Source: a bacterium
Lineage (GTDB): Bacteria > Elusimicrobiota > Elusimicrobia > Elusimicrobiales > UBA9959
Length of the DNA stretch: 64,000 nt
Reading direction: 5' to 3'
NCBI GenBank assembly: GCA_021811315.1
Contig: JAJZPF010000001.1
Coordinates: 206,153-270,152 of the forward strand
Positions within the stretch are counted from its first letter, which is position 1. The number at the start of each line of letters is the position of its first letter. The notes beneath the pieces are model-generated. The model did not search any database, was not told the origin of the DNA, and was given only the letters and a program-made list of their open reading frames with translations. The translations under genes and the position numbers were made by a program. Below, piece after piece: positions 61,985 to 64,000 of this stretch.

Positions 61985-63736
61985 ATGACTTCCGGGACCG
62001 CCAGAATACTGCGCCTGGCCGCTCTAGCGGCGGGGCTCCTTATTTGCGGCCTGGACGCGCGCGCCGAAATGACCGCCCCGGAGCGCCTGGAGGCTTACAG
62101 TATCGCTATTTCAAGCGGAGACCCTGTCGCCGGCGCGGCTTTCCTTAAAGACGGGGAAGCGCGCGAACTGGCCGAGGCCGAGCCGCAGAAAGCCGCCGCC
62201 CTTCTCGGTAAAGCCGAGGCGTTGAAAGACCTTAAAGCTCTGCTTGCGATGTCCTGGGACGAGCAGAAGGTCAACAAGCTCAACCAGGCGCTTTCTATAA
62301 GGATAGACGTGGACAGGCCGCTCCCCAAAATGGGAATAGGCCCCCAGCCCGAGAAACTTTTGACCTGGATAGAGAAATACCAGCCCGATTATACGGCCGC
62401 GGATAAAACCCTGGTCAAGAAAGCGATAAGGCAGTGGGAAGTTGTCTTCGGCACGATGACCGATACCCGCTCTTTAAGCTGGGGCCAGGCCAAAATGCGC
62501 GACGGCAAGGCCGTCACCGTCACGAAAGCCGCCTGGGAAGCGATGGTTATACGCGAGCGCAATTCCGTGATCGAGAAGATGATCCAGGCCGACCCGAAGT
62601 TCCTTGTCTACAACGACGAGAGGCTGGCCGCGGCCAAGAACGACGTCGCGGTGAACGTCGCGGTGCAGTCCGTCATCAATTCCGACGCGCTTACGCCCGC
62701 CCAGAAGAGCCAGCTCCAGGGCAAGTCCTTCTCCGAGCAGGCTTATTTGCTCGGGAATATGTTCGACAACAGCAATATAAACGTCGACCCGGCTACCAAG
62801 GCGAAGATCAACGCGGCCCGCGGCTCCCTGCCGCAGGAAGTGCTTCCGGCCCAGCAGCGCGAGCTCCTCGGCAGCATGCTCAATACCGCGGTGGCCAAAG
62901 AACTGGCCGGCACGAAGGCCGGCGACAGGGCGCTGGCGGCTTCGCCCAACGGGCTTAAGATAAAGATACAGCCGCTGAGCGGCGGTTATTCCGGCTATGA
63001 CCCGGCCTCAGGCTCCATCCTCCTGGATTCAGAAACTATCCAGCAATATATGCGGATGAAGGGCTACACTGCTTCTTCGCTGATGAGCAGCCCCGCCCAG
63101 GTGCAGGAGATAGCCAAATATATGTCTTCCGCCGTGGTTTACGAGTCGGCGCATAAATCCCAGGCTGACTGGGCGTCCCAGAAAGGAATTTATAAACCGC
63201 ATACGCAGGAAGACGAAGTGGAGGCGATGTCCCTGGAAGGCCTTTATACCACCGAGAAAATGCGCAAAGACGCCGATTACAGCCGGATACTCACCTCCAG
63301 CAGGGATAATTCCTCCTACGCCCTCAAAGCGCTTGAAACCGGCACTGAATTCGAGCTGAGCGGTTCTAAAAAATTCGCCGATACTGTGCGCCAGCGCTAT
63401 TTCTCCGGCCTTCCCTCTCTGGATTCCGCCGCTTCGCAGGTGCTCGGAGCGGTGACCGAAGAGCTTGACCGCCGCGCGGAGATGTCCTCCTCCGAGAAAG
63501 CTTCAATAGACTCTACCGGCCTCAACCTGGCGGAGGCGCTTGAAATGTCTCCGGCCGAACTTGCCGGCTCGACCGGGGAGATCCAGACCTCCGTTCTTGC
63601 TAAAATACAGGGAGACCTTTCCCGGTTGGGCGTTTATAAGAGCCATTACGGAGCTTCGGACAGGGCCGGCCGCAAAGATCTTAAATCCCTGGAGACGGGC
63701 GCCGCGCCTAAAAGCGCGGTTCCCCCGATAGTATGA
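61985..63736 (+). CDS. Secreted, largely helical hypothetical protein
   Basis: 583-aa ORF. Signal peptide. Starts 1 nt after the C11 stop. No recognised domain. Confidence 0.6.
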   Translation: MTSGTARILRLAALAAGLLICGLDARAEMTAPERLEAYSIAISSGDPVAGAAFLKDGEARELAEAEPQKAAALLGKAEALKDLKALLAMSWDEQKVNKLNQALSIRIDVDRPLPKMGIGPQPEKLLTWIEKYQPDYTAADKTLVKKAIRQWEVVFGTMTDTRSLSWGQAKMRDGKAVTVTKAAWEAMVIRERNSVIEKMIQADPKFLVYNDERLAAAKNDVAVNVAVQSVINSDALTPAQKSQLQGKSFSEQAYLLGNMFDNSNINVDPATKAKINAARGSLPQEVLPAQQRELLGSMLNTAVAKELAGTKAGDRALAASPNGLKIKIQPLSGGYSGYDPASGSILLDSETIQQYMRMKGYTASSLMSSPAQVQEIAKYMSSAVVYESAHKSQADWASQKGIYKPHTQEDEVEAMSLEGLYTTEKMRKDADYSRILTSSRDNSSYALKALETGTEFELSGSKKFADTVRQRYFSGLPSLDSAASQVLGAVTEELDRRAEMSSSEKASIDSTGLNLAEALEMSPAELAGSTGEIQTSVLAKIQGDLSRLGVYKSHYGASDRAGRKDLKSLETGAAPKSAVPPIV

Positions 63737-64000
63737 AAAACATAATTTTAACCGTCTCTATGCTTTCTTTTCTGGCCGCCGCGGCCTGCGCCGGGGCGCA
63801 GGCCAAGGCCAAAGGCGTCCAATTCAGGAATTATTCCATGGACAATAATTATTTTACCTGCAGCATTCCCGCCGACTGGAGGCTGAAGCGCGACAAAGAC
63901 AAGGACGAAGAGTACAAGATCTACGAAATACAGCTCCTTGCCCCTAAAGCCGAGAAAGCCCCCACCTCTATTTATGTCTCCTATTATCCTAAGGATAACG
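63733..64000 (+). CDS. Secreted hypothetical protein, N-terminal fragment running off the window
   Basis: Manual translation from ATG 63733 (ATGA overlap) gives MKNIILTVSMLSFLAAAACAGAQAKAKGVQFRNYSMDNNYFTCSIPADW..., open to the window end. Confidence 0.5.
   Translation, partial: MKNIILTVSMLSFLAAAACAGAQAKAKGVQFRNYSMDNNYFTCSIPADWRLKRDKDKDEEYKIYEIQLLAPKAEKAPTSIYVSYYPKDN

Noticed and set aside
1-64000. rRNA, tRNA, tmRNA, RNase P and other classical RNA genes.
   Set aside because: Intergenic regions were scanned by eye. There are no tRNA-like T-arm or acceptor patterns (e.g. GGTTCGAATCC) and no rRNA-like segments. Only short hairpins and promoters were seen.

Overview
This is a visibly GC-rich, gene-dense chromosomal segment from a diderm bacterium. 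The diderm call rests on a TolC-family channel, KdsC, a PorV/PorQ-like barrel and a T9SS-type sorting domain. The phylum cannot be fixed from the sequence alone. ATGA, GTGA and TAATG start-stop overlaps are frequent.

Housekeeping content:
- folD, dus, mutS, mutL, asd and kdsC.
- A pyrC / pyrD-pyrF-pyrE cluster.
- parA-parB preceded by three parS-like palindromes, so the region is probably origin-proximal.
- A TolC-MacA-MacB efflux operon and a sarcosine-oxidase-like iron-sulfur flavoprotein pair.
- TerC, a nitroreductase, CcdA, an SPFH protein and a membrane-fused spermidine-synthase-like protein.

The stand-out is a lower-GC accessory island on the minus strand at about 31.3-46.0 kb. It holds an operon of about 11 kb. 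The gene order is a small secreted beta-propeller-like protein, a 2,835-aa protein, a PorV/PorQ-like barrel, then CcdA. The 2,835-aa protein has a split M23 peptidase head, a 1,311-nt in-frame Big_2 + Kelch tandem duplication and a T9SS-type C-terminal domain.

Upstream of this operon lies a tandem segmental duplication of about 3.4 kb. It carries a second promoter and 5' UTR, a second small protein and a head-only M23 paralog. That paralog stops at the duplication junction and shares a near-identical block of about 0.7 kb, in the same reading frame, with the full-length gene.

Other notable items are two clostripain-like (C11) peptidase loci with unknown secreted partners, AT-rich intergenic regions with phased repeats, a dispersed 14-nt tandem-repeat element and a G9 tract inside a sugar-epimerase gene.

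I recognised no rRNA, tRNA, CRISPR array, transposase or integrase. Many long antisense ORFs in the supplied track are GC-driven shadow ORFs. All similarity statements come from reading motifs by eye. No database search was run.
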